Shown: positions 52,007-60,537 of the stretch, piece after piece
How the letters are laid out: each line of letters opens with the position of its first letter
How positions within the stretch are numbered: the stretch's first letter is position 1
Source: an uncultured delta proteobacterium
GTDB lineage: Bacteria > Desulfobacterota > Desulfobacteria > Desulfobacterales > JAFDCJ01
Direction: 5' to 3'
DNA: 64,000 nt
NCBI GenBank assembly: GCA_963769935.1
Contig: CAVYNY010000022.1
Location: 448,001 to 512,000, forward strand
Position numbers and translations under genes: made by a program
The notes under the pieces: model-generated
Seen by the model: only the letters and a program-made list of their open reading frames with translations
Told to the model about the DNA's origin: nothing
The model's database searches: none

Positions 52007-53293
52007 GTGAAAAATTCAACAAAAATTGCACCGGCCGACTGCAACGGTAAATACATTGCGCTTCGAAAGCCGGGCGTGCGAGCGGCATTTCTGTTTGTCA
52101 ATTTTTTTCTTATTATTACGGCGTTATATCAGCTGAAACCAGCCAGCCGCTCCCTTTTTATCGATGCGCTGGGCGCCGAGCGTCTGCCCTACGTCTGGAT
52201 TATCACCGCCCTGACCATGGCCGCCTTTATTACCGTCTACCATCGCATGGTTGCACGTTACAGTCGAATTCATGTGGTCCTGGGCACCACTCTGGTCGTC
52301 AGCAGCCTGCTGGTCATATTTCGCATCTTGTTTAACTATCCCGGCAAGGTTATTCCGATTGGTTTTTATGTATTTGTTGATGTTCAGAGTGTCGTTCTGG
52401 TGGAGCAGTTCTGGAGCCTGACCGATGCGATCTATACCACCCGTGAGGGAAAATCCTGGTATGGGTTTGTAGGTACCGGCGGGCTGGTGGGCGGTGTGAC
52501 CGGCGGCGGCATTTCCGCGCTGCTGATCCGGTATACCTCCCTGCAAACCCCGGACTTGCTCCTGACGGCCGCCGCCACAGTCGGCCTGATCTCGGCCCTG
52601 ACCTGGTTGATGGGCCGCATCGGTCTGTACTGTGAGGTCGATAATACAGCCAGTATTGCATCGGACGGCCGAGGCGGCTGGCGCGCTTTGGGGCGCAACC
52701 GGTATTTGCTGTTAATTGCAGCTGTTTTACTGCTGGCCCAGCTGGTATCACCGTTGATCGACTACCAGTTTTTAAACGCGGTACAGGCTTCCTATCCGGG
52801 CCGGGAGGCCCGTACGGAATTTTTGTCTCTATTTTTCAGTATGTTGGGATTGATATCGATCGGCATTAACCTACTGATCACCCCGCTCATCCACCGGGTT
52901 TTCGGTGCCATTGTCGGGCTGCTGGTCCAGCCTCTGTTGATCAGTCTGTTTGCCTGGTGTTTCTTGTTTAAATCGACCCTCTTTTTTGGAGGGGCCGGAA
53001 AAATCAGTGACCGCGGGTTATCCTATTCCCTAAACCGGGCATCCAAGGAACTGCTCTATGTGCCGATCGATCCGGTGATCATTTACCAGGCCAAGGCCTG
53101 GATCGATATGTTCGGCTACCGGTTGTTCAAGGTTTCCGGATCCCTGCTGATCCTGCTGTTCACCCAGTGGCTGCCGGTAACCATCGGCATCGCCCAGCTG
53201 AGCTGGATTTCTGTCGCCATCTGCGGCGCCTGGATTGCCCTGATTATGGTTCTGCGCCAGCAATATCAACTGATAGCTGAAAAGGAAGGATAA
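52007..53293 (+). CDS. NTT/TLC (Npt1/Npt2-like) nucleotide transporter, MFS fold
   Basis: Probable GTG start at 52007 after AGGAAAG; multi-TM; LKPASRSLF, EQFWS..D.....EGK, YSLNRASKELLYVP...QAKAWIDMFGYR. Confidence 0.8.
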   Translation: MKNSTKIAPADCNGKYIALRKPGVRAAFLFVNFFLIITALYQLKPASRSLFIDALGAERLPYVWIITALTMAAFITVYHRMVARYSRIHVVLGTTLVVSSLLVIFRILFNYPGKVIPIGFYVFVDVQSVVLVEQFWSLTDAIYTTREGKSWYGFVGTGGLVGGVTGGGISALLIRYTSLQTPDLLLTAAATVGLISALTWLMGRIGLYCEVDNTASIASDGRGGWRALGRNRYLLLIAAVLLLAQLVSPLIDYQFLNAVQASYPGREARTEFLSLFFSMLGLISIGINLLITPLIHRVFGAIVGLLVQPLLISLFAWCFLFKSTLFFGGAGKISDRGLSYSLNRASKELLYVPIDPVIIYQAKAWIDMFGYRLFKVSGSLLILLFTQWLPVTIGIAQLSWISVAICGAWIALIMVLRQQYQLIAEKEG

Positions 53294-53474
53294 ACTGCTA
53301 TAATCCCAAAATTCCATTTTTCTCTCCGATCCGTAGGCTCTACCAGCCGGAGGCCATCATTCCATTATTCCACGGGCTACTTGACGGCAAAAAACCACCC
53401 CGCTCTCCGAGCTGTAAGCTCTCCGAGCCGGAAGCTGGGGTGAAGCCAAAGCCGGGTCCTCTGGACCCGGATCT

Positions 53475-55412
53475 TTACTTTTTTTTCGGCAATTCCGGTG
53501 GATAGGCGCGGCTGTACTGATCGTAGAGCCGGGGACTCACGGCTTTGTGATCGTAAATAAGCTTATGCCAGATCTCCGCCTCGCGACGGGCGGCGACGCG
53601 CATCATCCGATGGATATCAAAGCGCCTGGAATGAAAATATTTTGTTGGCGGCCGTGCAATTCGCCGCGGGGTGTCGGCCAAGCGTCGGAAAACGTCTGTT
53701 CCATAGCGGGCGTACCACAAGAGTGTATGCGCGGTGGACAGCGCGCCGGCCCAGGGATAGTCGTGCAGCCACCACCCGCCTGATAGCGAATCGATCGCCG
53801 GATCTAGTTTTTTTCGTTCGAAATCGCTTTTCGGCGTCAAGCGCTCCTCATAAAAGAGACCTGTCCCCAATTCATCGCCTTTCAGGCGCCAGATCTTCTG
53901 AATGCCATAGTCTTCAGGATAGTGGGCGACGCGGGCGCCGTGACACAAGCCGAAGCGTCCGATAATAAAAAGCGCGATGTGGTCGCGCCGCTCTTCAATA
54001 AAAGCAATGGTGGATTCGGCTTCGTCCCAGGTTTCGGTGGGAAACTCGGTGAAGCACATGGCTTCCACCGCGATGCCGGCGGCCGAAAGATTTTTGACGG
54101 CCGCTCGCACGTCTTTGAAGGAAACCCCTTTGTCGATCATCTTCAGCAGGCGGGGTGAGGCGGTTTCGATTCCCAGGGCCAGTGAAAGGGCGCCGCCGTC
54201 TTTGAGATCCCGGCAGCATTCCGGCGTCAGGCCGGGCTCGGGTCGCATGTCGCTGGACCACCGTAGGGATGTTCCGGCCGCCCGCAGCTGCCGGGAGAGT
54301 TCCCGGGCGGTTCGGGGGGCGAAAGCATCCTGGGAGAAGTAAACGGTGCGGCAGCCCCAGCGGGCTTCCAGCTCCAGGAGGTGGGCGACGATCCGATCGA
54401 TGGGACGCTCCCGATACGCGGCCGTTCCCAGGGGGCTCAGCCCATAATGGCAGAAGGCGCATTTGCCCCAGTAGCACCCGCGCGTCGGATCATAGGGCAG
54501 CACGAGTTCCGGTGAAAGGTATTTGTCCAGCGGCAGTCCTGCAAAATCAGGTGACGGAAGCCGGCTGAGATCCGTGTTGCGTTTACCGGTGAGCACCCGG
54601 GGCGGGGTTTGGCCGCCGGCCAGCATGCGAACCAGAGCCAGCAGCATCTCTTCGCCTTCATATAGCACGGCCGAATCAAAAGGGCCGAGCAGCGGCGGAA
54701 TTTTTTCGGCGGCGAGGCCTGCCAGCAACTGCGTGACGGCAGGCCCACCCACGGTAATATGCGCTGCCGGCAGGGCGTGCCGAAGGGTGTATGCCAGCGC
54801 GAAGCCGGGCTGAATCTGTCCGGGAAAGGCCAGGGAAATGCCGATTACATCCGGGGACTGAAATGACAGCCGATCGGTGAGTTCGCCGGCAAAGTAATCG
54901 TGAAAGGGATTTTTGTCGGGTTGGGCATCTGTCCGGATTTGTTGAGGCGTCAGCAGCGAAAAGGGGGTCCGGTAAACGCTGAAATCCATCATCAAGGGAC
55001 TGTAGGCGGCGCTGATGATCCGCAGGCCGGCCTGAACGGTCTGGATCGCCTGCTCGTATTGGCATGGATCAAAAAACCGAACACCCGAGCGATCTCTGAG
55101 CACCGCGATCGCATCTTCAACCGCTGCCGGAACTCGGGCGAGATCCGGCAGGACCTCCCACAACCGCAGGTACAGCATCTGATCGGTATGACTCAGCGAC
55201 GCTTTACGGTCCAAACGCCGCCAACGATCGGCCACACGGCCGGCCATATCACGCAAGACCGCGCGGCGCAAAAGCCGGTCATAGACTTCCACATTGGCGT
55301 CGATGGGGAGCACCTCTATCCCATGGCTTCGCAGATAGGCCGTCAGCATGGGAACGGAAAGGTACGGGCCGGTAGGATCGCATGTGGGCGGATAGATCAG
55401 GGCAACTTTCAT
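53475..55412 (-). CDS. Cobalamin-binding radical SAM protein
   Basis: MKVALIYPP, B12-binding-like GISLAFPGQ...VGGP, RGCYWGKCAFC. Confidence 0.9.
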   Translation of the reverse strand: MKVALIYPPTCDPTGPYLSVPMLTAYLRSHGIEVLPIDANVEVYDRLLRRAVLRDMAGRVADRWRRLDRKASLSHTDQMLYLRLWEVLPDLARVPAAVEDAIAVLRDRSGVRFFDPCQYEQAIQTVQAGLRIISAAYSPLMMDFSVYRTPFSLLTPQQIRTDAQPDKNPFHDYFAGELTDRLSFQSPDVIGISLAFPGQIQPGFALAYTLRHALPAAHITVGGPAVTQLLAGLAAEKIPPLLGPFDSAVLYEGEEMLLALVRMLAGGQTPPRVLTGKRNTDLSRLPSPDFAGLPLDKYLSPELVLPYDPTRGCYWGKCAFCHYGLSPLGTAAYRERPIDRIVAHLLELEARWGCRTVYFSQDAFAPRTARELSRQLRAAGTSLRWSSDMRPEPGLTPECCRDLKDGGALSLALGIETASPRLLKMIDKGVSFKDVRAAVKNLSAAGIAVEAMCFTEFPTETWDEAESTIAFIEERRDHIALFIIGRFGLCHGARVAHYPEDYGIQKIWRLKGDELGTGLFYEERLTPKSDFERKKLDPAIDSLSGGWWLHDYPWAGALSTAHTLLWYARYGTDVFRRLADTPRRIARPPTKYFHSRRFDIHRMMRVAARREAEIWHKLIYDHKAVSPRLYDQYSRAYPPELPKKK

Positions 55413-55556
55413 GACAGCTCTCGCCGGCGGTTGAATCGCATGTTTACAGGCGGCCACCCTCTTTCATGATTGAGTTCCTTATCCACTGGACAGTTAAAAA
55501 AATTGATTCTCTCGCCCACTTCGTTCGAGCCCCAGAGCCAACGGAGATCATGATGC

Positions 55557-57362
55557 TCAGGATATGCGGTGAGCTCTGTGAGAGACATCAGAAGAATTTA
55601 TTCCTGGTCGAGTGACTTTATTTTTCCTTAGTAAAATGTTTTTTTGCTTCTGCTTATTTACGGCGCTTTTTTCCACAAAAATCCTGCGGCCCGAGAACGG
55701 ATCGGTTTCCGTGTAATACATCAGCGTGGCATAAGTGGATGGTGAAGGCGTAAAGATCTGAACCTGTTCGGGAAGCAGCCGCAGCGTTCGGACGGCAAAT
55801 GTTCGCAGTTTTTGCATATCTTCAAGGGTGCAGCCGGGATGGGCAGCCATTAAATAATACGTCAAAAAGGGCTTGGGCGGGTTCTTGGGACAAAGCGCGT
55901 TAAACAACCCCAGGAATGCTTCCAGGCGCTCACGGCCGGGTTTGCCCATCAGCTTCAGGATCGGATCCTGTACGTGTTCGGGTGCGATCTTGAGTTGACC
56001 GGAGACATGGTACCGCAATATTTCCGTAAGATAATGAGCGCCCTCATCGGGGTCGCTGAGAATCAGGTCGTACCGGATGCCGGACCCGATGAAAACCTTG
56101 CGGACCCCGGGCAGGCTGCGCAGCGCCTTCAACAACCGGATCTGGGGACCGTGAGTTATGGGCAGGTGCCTGCAAGGCTTGGGATAGATACAACCCTTGT
56201 CCCGGCATGCGCCCCGGACCTGCTTGCGGTCACATTCGAAACCGTACATGTTGGCGGTGGCGCCGCCCACATCGGCGATGATTCCCTTGAAATCGGGATG
56301 CGACGTGAAAGCTGCCGCTTCGCGCAGCAGGGAGGCCTCGCTGCGGGACACGACCTGCCGGCCCTGATGGACCGTGATGGCACAGAAACGGCATTCGCCA
56401 TAACAGCCGCGGTGGGTTGTGAGGGAAAACCGGATGGTTTCCAGCGCGGTGACGCGGCCCTGTTTCTTGTAAATGGGATGCACATCCCGGGCATACGGCA
56501 GCTCGTAAATCCGATCGAGGTCCTCGCCGGAAAGTGGCAATCGGGGAGGGTTGTGGACCAGATAACGGGTGTCCTGGCGTTGGCAAAGCCGTCTGGCCCT
56601 GAGCGGATCCGCGTTCTCATAAAAAGTCTTGAACATCCGGCTGAACTGTTCGTTATTCTGCGACACGGTTTCATGGTCCGGAAGTTCGATATCCGGACCC
56701 TCAAACTCAGCCGCTGCTTGCGGCAACTGCCGGCTGATGTAACAGATTCCCCGGATCGATGCGATATCCTCCCGGTGCTTGAATCTTTCGGCCAGCTCCA
56801 GGATGCTCTGCTCGGCCATGCCGTAAGTCAAAACATCCGCCTTGGCGTCAAAAAGGATGGATCGTCTGATCGAATCAGACCAGGCATCATAATGGGAGAT
56901 GCGCCTGAGGCTGGCTTCAATGCCGCCCAAAACGATGGGCCGAGGCTTTTTGAAAACGCGCCGGATGAGATTGCTGTAGACGATTACCGCTCGGTCCGGA
57001 CGTTTTGTATTCAGCCCGCCCGGGGTCAGGTCGTCGCTTTTACGCCGTTTCCCGGATGCCGTGTAGTTAGCGATCATGGAGTCGACACAGCCGGCGGTGA
57101 TGCCCCAGAAAAGCGCGGGCTCCCCCAGCCTGGCAATATCCCGCTCGCTGTGAATGTCAGGTTGGGCGATAATGCCGACCCGGTAGCCTGAATTCAACAG
57201 GACCCTGCCGATGACGGCCACACCGATGTGAGGGGAGTCGATATAGGTATCTCCCGTGACCAGGATCACATCCAGCTGCTGCCATCCAAGGGAATGCACC
57301 TCCCGGGCGGTGGCGGGGATAAAGGTCGGGGGTTGAATGATGTGCTTCAGAATATGACCCAT
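55557..57362 (-). CDS. YgiQ-family (UPF0313) radical SAM protein
   Basis: VTGDTYIDSP, GGIEASLRR..HYD.W, HRGCYGECRFC, SGIRYDL, LKIAPEH, QVQIFTP. Confidence 0.93.
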   Translation of the reverse strand: MGHILKHIIQPPTFIPATAREVHSLGWQQLDVILVTGDTYIDSPHIGVAVIGRVLLNSGYRVGIIAQPDIHSERDIARLGEPALFWGITAGCVDSMIANYTASGKRRKSDDLTPGGLNTKRPDRAVIVYSNLIRRVFKKPRPIVLGGIEASLRRISHYDAWSDSIRRSILFDAKADVLTYGMAEQSILELAERFKHREDIASIRGICYISRQLPQAAAEFEGPDIELPDHETVSQNNEQFSRMFKTFYENADPLRARRLCQRQDTRYLVHNPPRLPLSGEDLDRIYELPYARDVHPIYKKQGRVTALETIRFSLTTHRGCYGECRFCAITVHQGRQVVSRSEASLLREAAAFTSHPDFKGIIADVGGATANMYGFECDRKQVRGACRDKGCIYPKPCRHLPITHGPQIRLLKALRSLPGVRKVFIGSGIRYDLILSDPDEGAHYLTEILRYHVSGQLKIAPEHVQDPILKLMGKPGRERLEAFLGLFNALCPKNPPKPFLTYYLMAAHPGCTLEDMQKLRTFAVRTLRLLPEQVQIFTPSPSTYATLMYYTETDPFSGRRIFVEKSAVNKQKQKNILLRKNKVTRPGINSSDVSHRAHRIS

Positions 57363-57394
57363 CTTTTTTCCTGGTCACGGACGCCGGGCATGTC

Positions 57395-58780
57395 TCAAAC
57401 CCCCAGCACCAGTTTGGCCGTCATGAAATAAATCAGCAGGCCGGTGATATCGACAATGGTGGTCAGGGCCGGGCTTGCCACCACCGCCGGGTCGAATTTA
57501 GCCCGGGCGGCCGCCAGGGGCAAAAGTGCTCCGATCAGGGTGGACGTGACCACCTGCAGCCCCAGGGCAAGGGCGATGGCCACTCCGATGGTGCTCAAGG
57601 AATACTGCGGCGGAACGGTAGATCCGCCGCCGAACAAAATGACCCGGCCATAAGCGAGAATCCCAAGCAGCAGCGCAAGCATGACGGCGACCTGGAACTC
57701 CTTGGCAAGGATGCGAAAGATGTCGCGCGGTGTGATCTCCTTGAGCGCAAGGGCCCGAACCACCAGCGTGGCGGATTGGCTGCCGGTGTTGCCGCCTGTA
57801 TCGGCCAGCATCGGCATAAAGGCCGCCAAAACGGCAAACTGCAGCAGCAATCCCTCAAAGCTTTGCACGATAAAGCCGGACACCAAGCCCAGGAAGGCCA
57901 GTCCGATCACCCAGGGAGACCGATTTTTAAAATGCACCCAGGCCGAAGTTTTCATGTACACCGCATCCTCGTGGCTGCCGGCGATGGCCATGAACTTTTC
58001 CATGTCTTCGGTGTTCTCCTGGGTAATGATGTCGATGGCGTCGTCGTGGGTAACAATCCCGACCAAAGCGTCGTTGCCATTGAGCACCGGCAGGGCGAGG
58101 AGGTCGTATTTCTGGATTTTACGGGCCGCTTCTTCCTGGTCGTCCGACGCGCGGGCGAAAATGGCGTCGCGGTGCATGATGTCTTTGACCCGAGACTCCC
58201 GCCGGGCCACGATAAGATCCTTGAGAGAAACAAACCCCAGCAGCTTGCGGTGTTCATCCACCACATAGGCGTAATAGATCGTCTCCTTGTCCGGCGCGAT
58301 TTCCCTGAGACGCTCGATGGCCTGTGAAACGGTCAATTCCTGCGGGAGGGTAGCATAGTCCGAGGTCATGACTGCCCCCGCCGTGCCTTCCGTGTAGGCC
58401 GTCAGGCGGCGGATATCCTCCCGCTCGGCCTGGGCCAGGGCGGGAAGAACGGCTTCGCGCTTTTCTTCCGGCATCCGTTTGAACAGATCGGCGCGTTCAT
58501 CGTGAGGCATTTCGGTCAGCAGGCGGGCAATTTCGTCGCGTCGCAGCGTCTCGATCATCTCAACCATAAGGTCATCTTCGAGATGTGTGAAGATCTCCGC
58601 GCGCAGCTGCGGGTCAACATACCCGAGCACGGCCCAGGTTTCTTCGGCGGAAAGGGCGGAGATCAGCTCCGCCACAAGGGCAGGGTGGCCTGCTTCACAG
58701 AAATCCCGCAGGGCTCTGGCATTCCCGGCCGTAAGCATCTCACGGAGCTCGGGAACGATGAGTGGATTTTTGTCGTTCAT
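57395..58780 (-). CDS. mgtE: Magnesium transporter MgtE
   Basis: MgtE_N, CBS pair, DTGGNTGSQS, DPAVVASPALTTIVD. Confidence 0.95.
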   Translation of the reverse strand: MNDKNPLIVPELREMLTAGNARALRDFCEAGHPALVAELISALSAEETWAVLGYVDPQLRAEIFTHLEDDLMVEMIETLRRDEIARLLTEMPHDERADLFKRMPEEKREAVLPALAQAEREDIRRLTAYTEGTAGAVMTSDYATLPQELTVSQAIERLREIAPDKETIYYAYVVDEHRKLLGFVSLKDLIVARRESRVKDIMHRDAIFARASDDQEEAARKIQKYDLLALPVLNGNDALVGIVTHDDAIDIITQENTEDMEKFMAIAGSHEDAVYMKTSAWVHFKNRSPWVIGLAFLGLVSGFIVQSFEGLLLQFAVLAAFMPMLADTGGNTGSQSATLVVRALALKEITPRDIFRILAKEFQVAVMLALLLGILAYGRVILFGGGSTVPPQYSLSTIGVAIALALGLQVVTSTLIGALLPLAAARAKFDPAVVASPALTTIVDITGLLIYFMTAKLVLGV

Positions 58781-58838
58781 GGTTCACCTCCCATTCGGCC
58801 GCGGCGGGAGGGGGCGCGGCAGGAGGAGAACCGGCGAG

Positions 58839-58976
58839 CTATGCTCGGATGCAGCGCCGACCGTTCACATCACGTGCCGCGAGGCGTTTTCGCCGCGGGC
58901 CAGGGTCGTCCAGATCGTCTTGTGTCAATTCCTGAGTTTTAGGTTGGCGACTATGAGTGCCATCCGAGTCGCTCAT
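58839..58976 (-). promoter_or_regulatory. Putative leader peptide ORF (45 aa) and attenuator upstream of mgtE
   Basis: GGAGG RBS then MSDSDGTHSRQPKTQELTQDDLDDPGPRRKRLAARDVNGRRCIRA*; CTCGGATG/CATCCGAG pairing; anti-SD CCTCCC before the mgtE GGGAGG. Confidence 0.55.
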
Positions 58977-59084
58977 GGCGATTCCTCCAACTTGGGTCAG
59001 TCCTCAGCGCCTGTCTGCGCTTGCATAAGTTTTGTAGTCTACACAAATGGTTTTGATATTTCAAGACTTTTCTTTTTAATTGAA

Positions 59085-60224
59085 TTAAATGATGCCCATT
59101 CCGGACAATACGGATAGCATAATTGCGGCCGCCATGACAGAACCCACCTGGCCGCCGGTGTTTGCTCCGACTGCGTGCATGAGGAGATAATTGTTTCGAT
59201 TGTATTTCTGGCCTTCTTTCTGGACGACGCGCGCCGCCATGGGATAGGCCGAAATTCCGGCAGCTCCGATCAATGGATTGATCTTTCCGCCCGTCAGCCG
59301 GTTCATGAGTTTTCCGAACAAAACACCGCAGACGGTGTCCAGACAAATGGCAATGAATCCGAATGCCAGAATGAGAAGGGTCTGGCCGTTTAAAAAGAGC
59401 TTGCCGTCCATGGTTGCACCGATGGATATCCCGAGGAACAGGGTGACGACGTTGGCAATTTCATTTTCGGAGGAATGGGTGAGGCGACTGACGACCCCGC
59501 ATTCTTTCATCAGATTGCCGAGCATAATCATTGCCAATAGCGGCAGGCCCTTGGGAGCAATAAGTCCCCCTAATATTGTCACCACGATCGGAAATACAAT
59601 CTTGACGGTTTGGGAAGCCGGTTTGTTCGTGGGCTGCATTTTAAGGATGCGTTCCTTCTGCGATGTCAGCAGTTTCATTATCGGGGGTTGGATAACCGGC
59701 ACGAGGCTCATATAGGAATAGGCGGCGACCGAAACGGCGCCCAGCAGATGGGGAGCGTACTTGGAAGTCACGTATATCGCCGTCGGTCCATCGCAGGCGC
59801 CGATAATGCCGATGGCGACGGCATCCAGTTTGGGAAAGCCGAAAAACAGCGCCAGTCCGATGGTCAGAAATATACCAAACTGCCCGGCCGCGCCGAGGAG
59901 AAATATCTTGGGGTTCTCAAGCAGGGGGCCAAAATCCGTCATGGCACCGATGCCAATAAAGATCAAAAGGGGGAACAGTTCATTTGCGATTCCCATATTG
60001 TAAAGGGTTCGCAGAAACCCCTCATTTCCCATCAAATCCGCCAGCGGAATGTTAGTCAGAATGGCCCCGAATCCGATGGGAACCAAGAGCAGGGGCTCCA
60101 CGTCCTTTTTAATGCCTAAGTAAAGAAGGAGGCACCCGACTGCGATCATCACAGGATTCGACCAGTGCAGATGGGTAAATCCGGCCACGAGTCCGCTTAA
60201 TCCATTAACAATTGCATCAAACAT
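59085..60224 (-). CDS. Na+-translocating decarboxylase beta subunit (OadB/GcdB/MmdB family)
   Basis: EPLLLVPIGFG, GAMTDFGPL, IGIIGACDGPT, AAYSYMSLVP, INPLIGAAGISAYP. Confidence 0.95.
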   Translation of the reverse strand: MFDAIVNGLSGLVAGFTHLHWSNPVMIAVGCLLLYLGIKKDVEPLLLVPIGFGAILTNIPLADLMGNEGFLRTLYNMGIANELFPLLIFIGIGAMTDFGPLLENPKIFLLGAAGQFGIFLTIGLALFFGFPKLDAVAIGIIGACDGPTAIYVTSKYAPHLLGAVSVAAYSYMSLVPVIQPPIMKLLTSQKERILKMQPTNKPASQTVKIVFPIVVTILGGLIAPKGLPLLAMIMLGNLMKECGVVSRLTHSSENEIANVVTLFLGISIGATMDGKLFLNGQTLLILAFGFIAICLDTVCGVLFGKLMNRLTGGKINPLIGAAGISAYPMAARVVQKEGQKYNRNNYLLMHAVGANTGGQVGSVMAAAIMLSVLSGMGII

Positions 60225-60251
60225 AATTAATCCTCACTCCGCGAAGAATGG

Positions 60252-60386
60252 TTATTGGCCTTTTACTTTTTTAAACGGGAATAACATTTTCAAGACGCTC
60301 ATGAGCAAGGCAAGCAGTGCCAGCGCCAGCAAGGTACCCCCCATGCCGGTTACCATCAATGTCACCCCAAAGGTAAAATTGTCCAT
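60252..60386 (-). CDS. OadG-family small subunit (44 aa)
   Basis: Not in the ORF track. GGAGG RBS; MDNFTFGVTLMVTGMGGTLLALALLALLMSVLKMLFPFKKVKGQ; directly upstream of the beta subunit. Confidence 0.8.
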   Translation of the reverse strand: MDNFTFGVTLMVTGMGGTLLALALLALLMSVLKMLFPFKKVKGQ

Positions 60387-60537
60387 CCAACCCTCCGCCC
60401 AGGTAATGGATTAAAAATGATGCGGTCGATTAGTAAATATTTTCAGATTATCCCCCCATAGCTTTATAAATATCAAGTTTCAATAGGAAAAATAGGTTTG
60501 ATCGCGAATTTTTTGCCCGGATAGGACTGCATCGATG

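Noticed and set aside
55974..57191. 405-aa plus-strand ORF
   Set aside because: Antisense shadow of the YgiQ radical SAM gene; the same applies to 6317-7138, 23975-24667 and similar ORFs.
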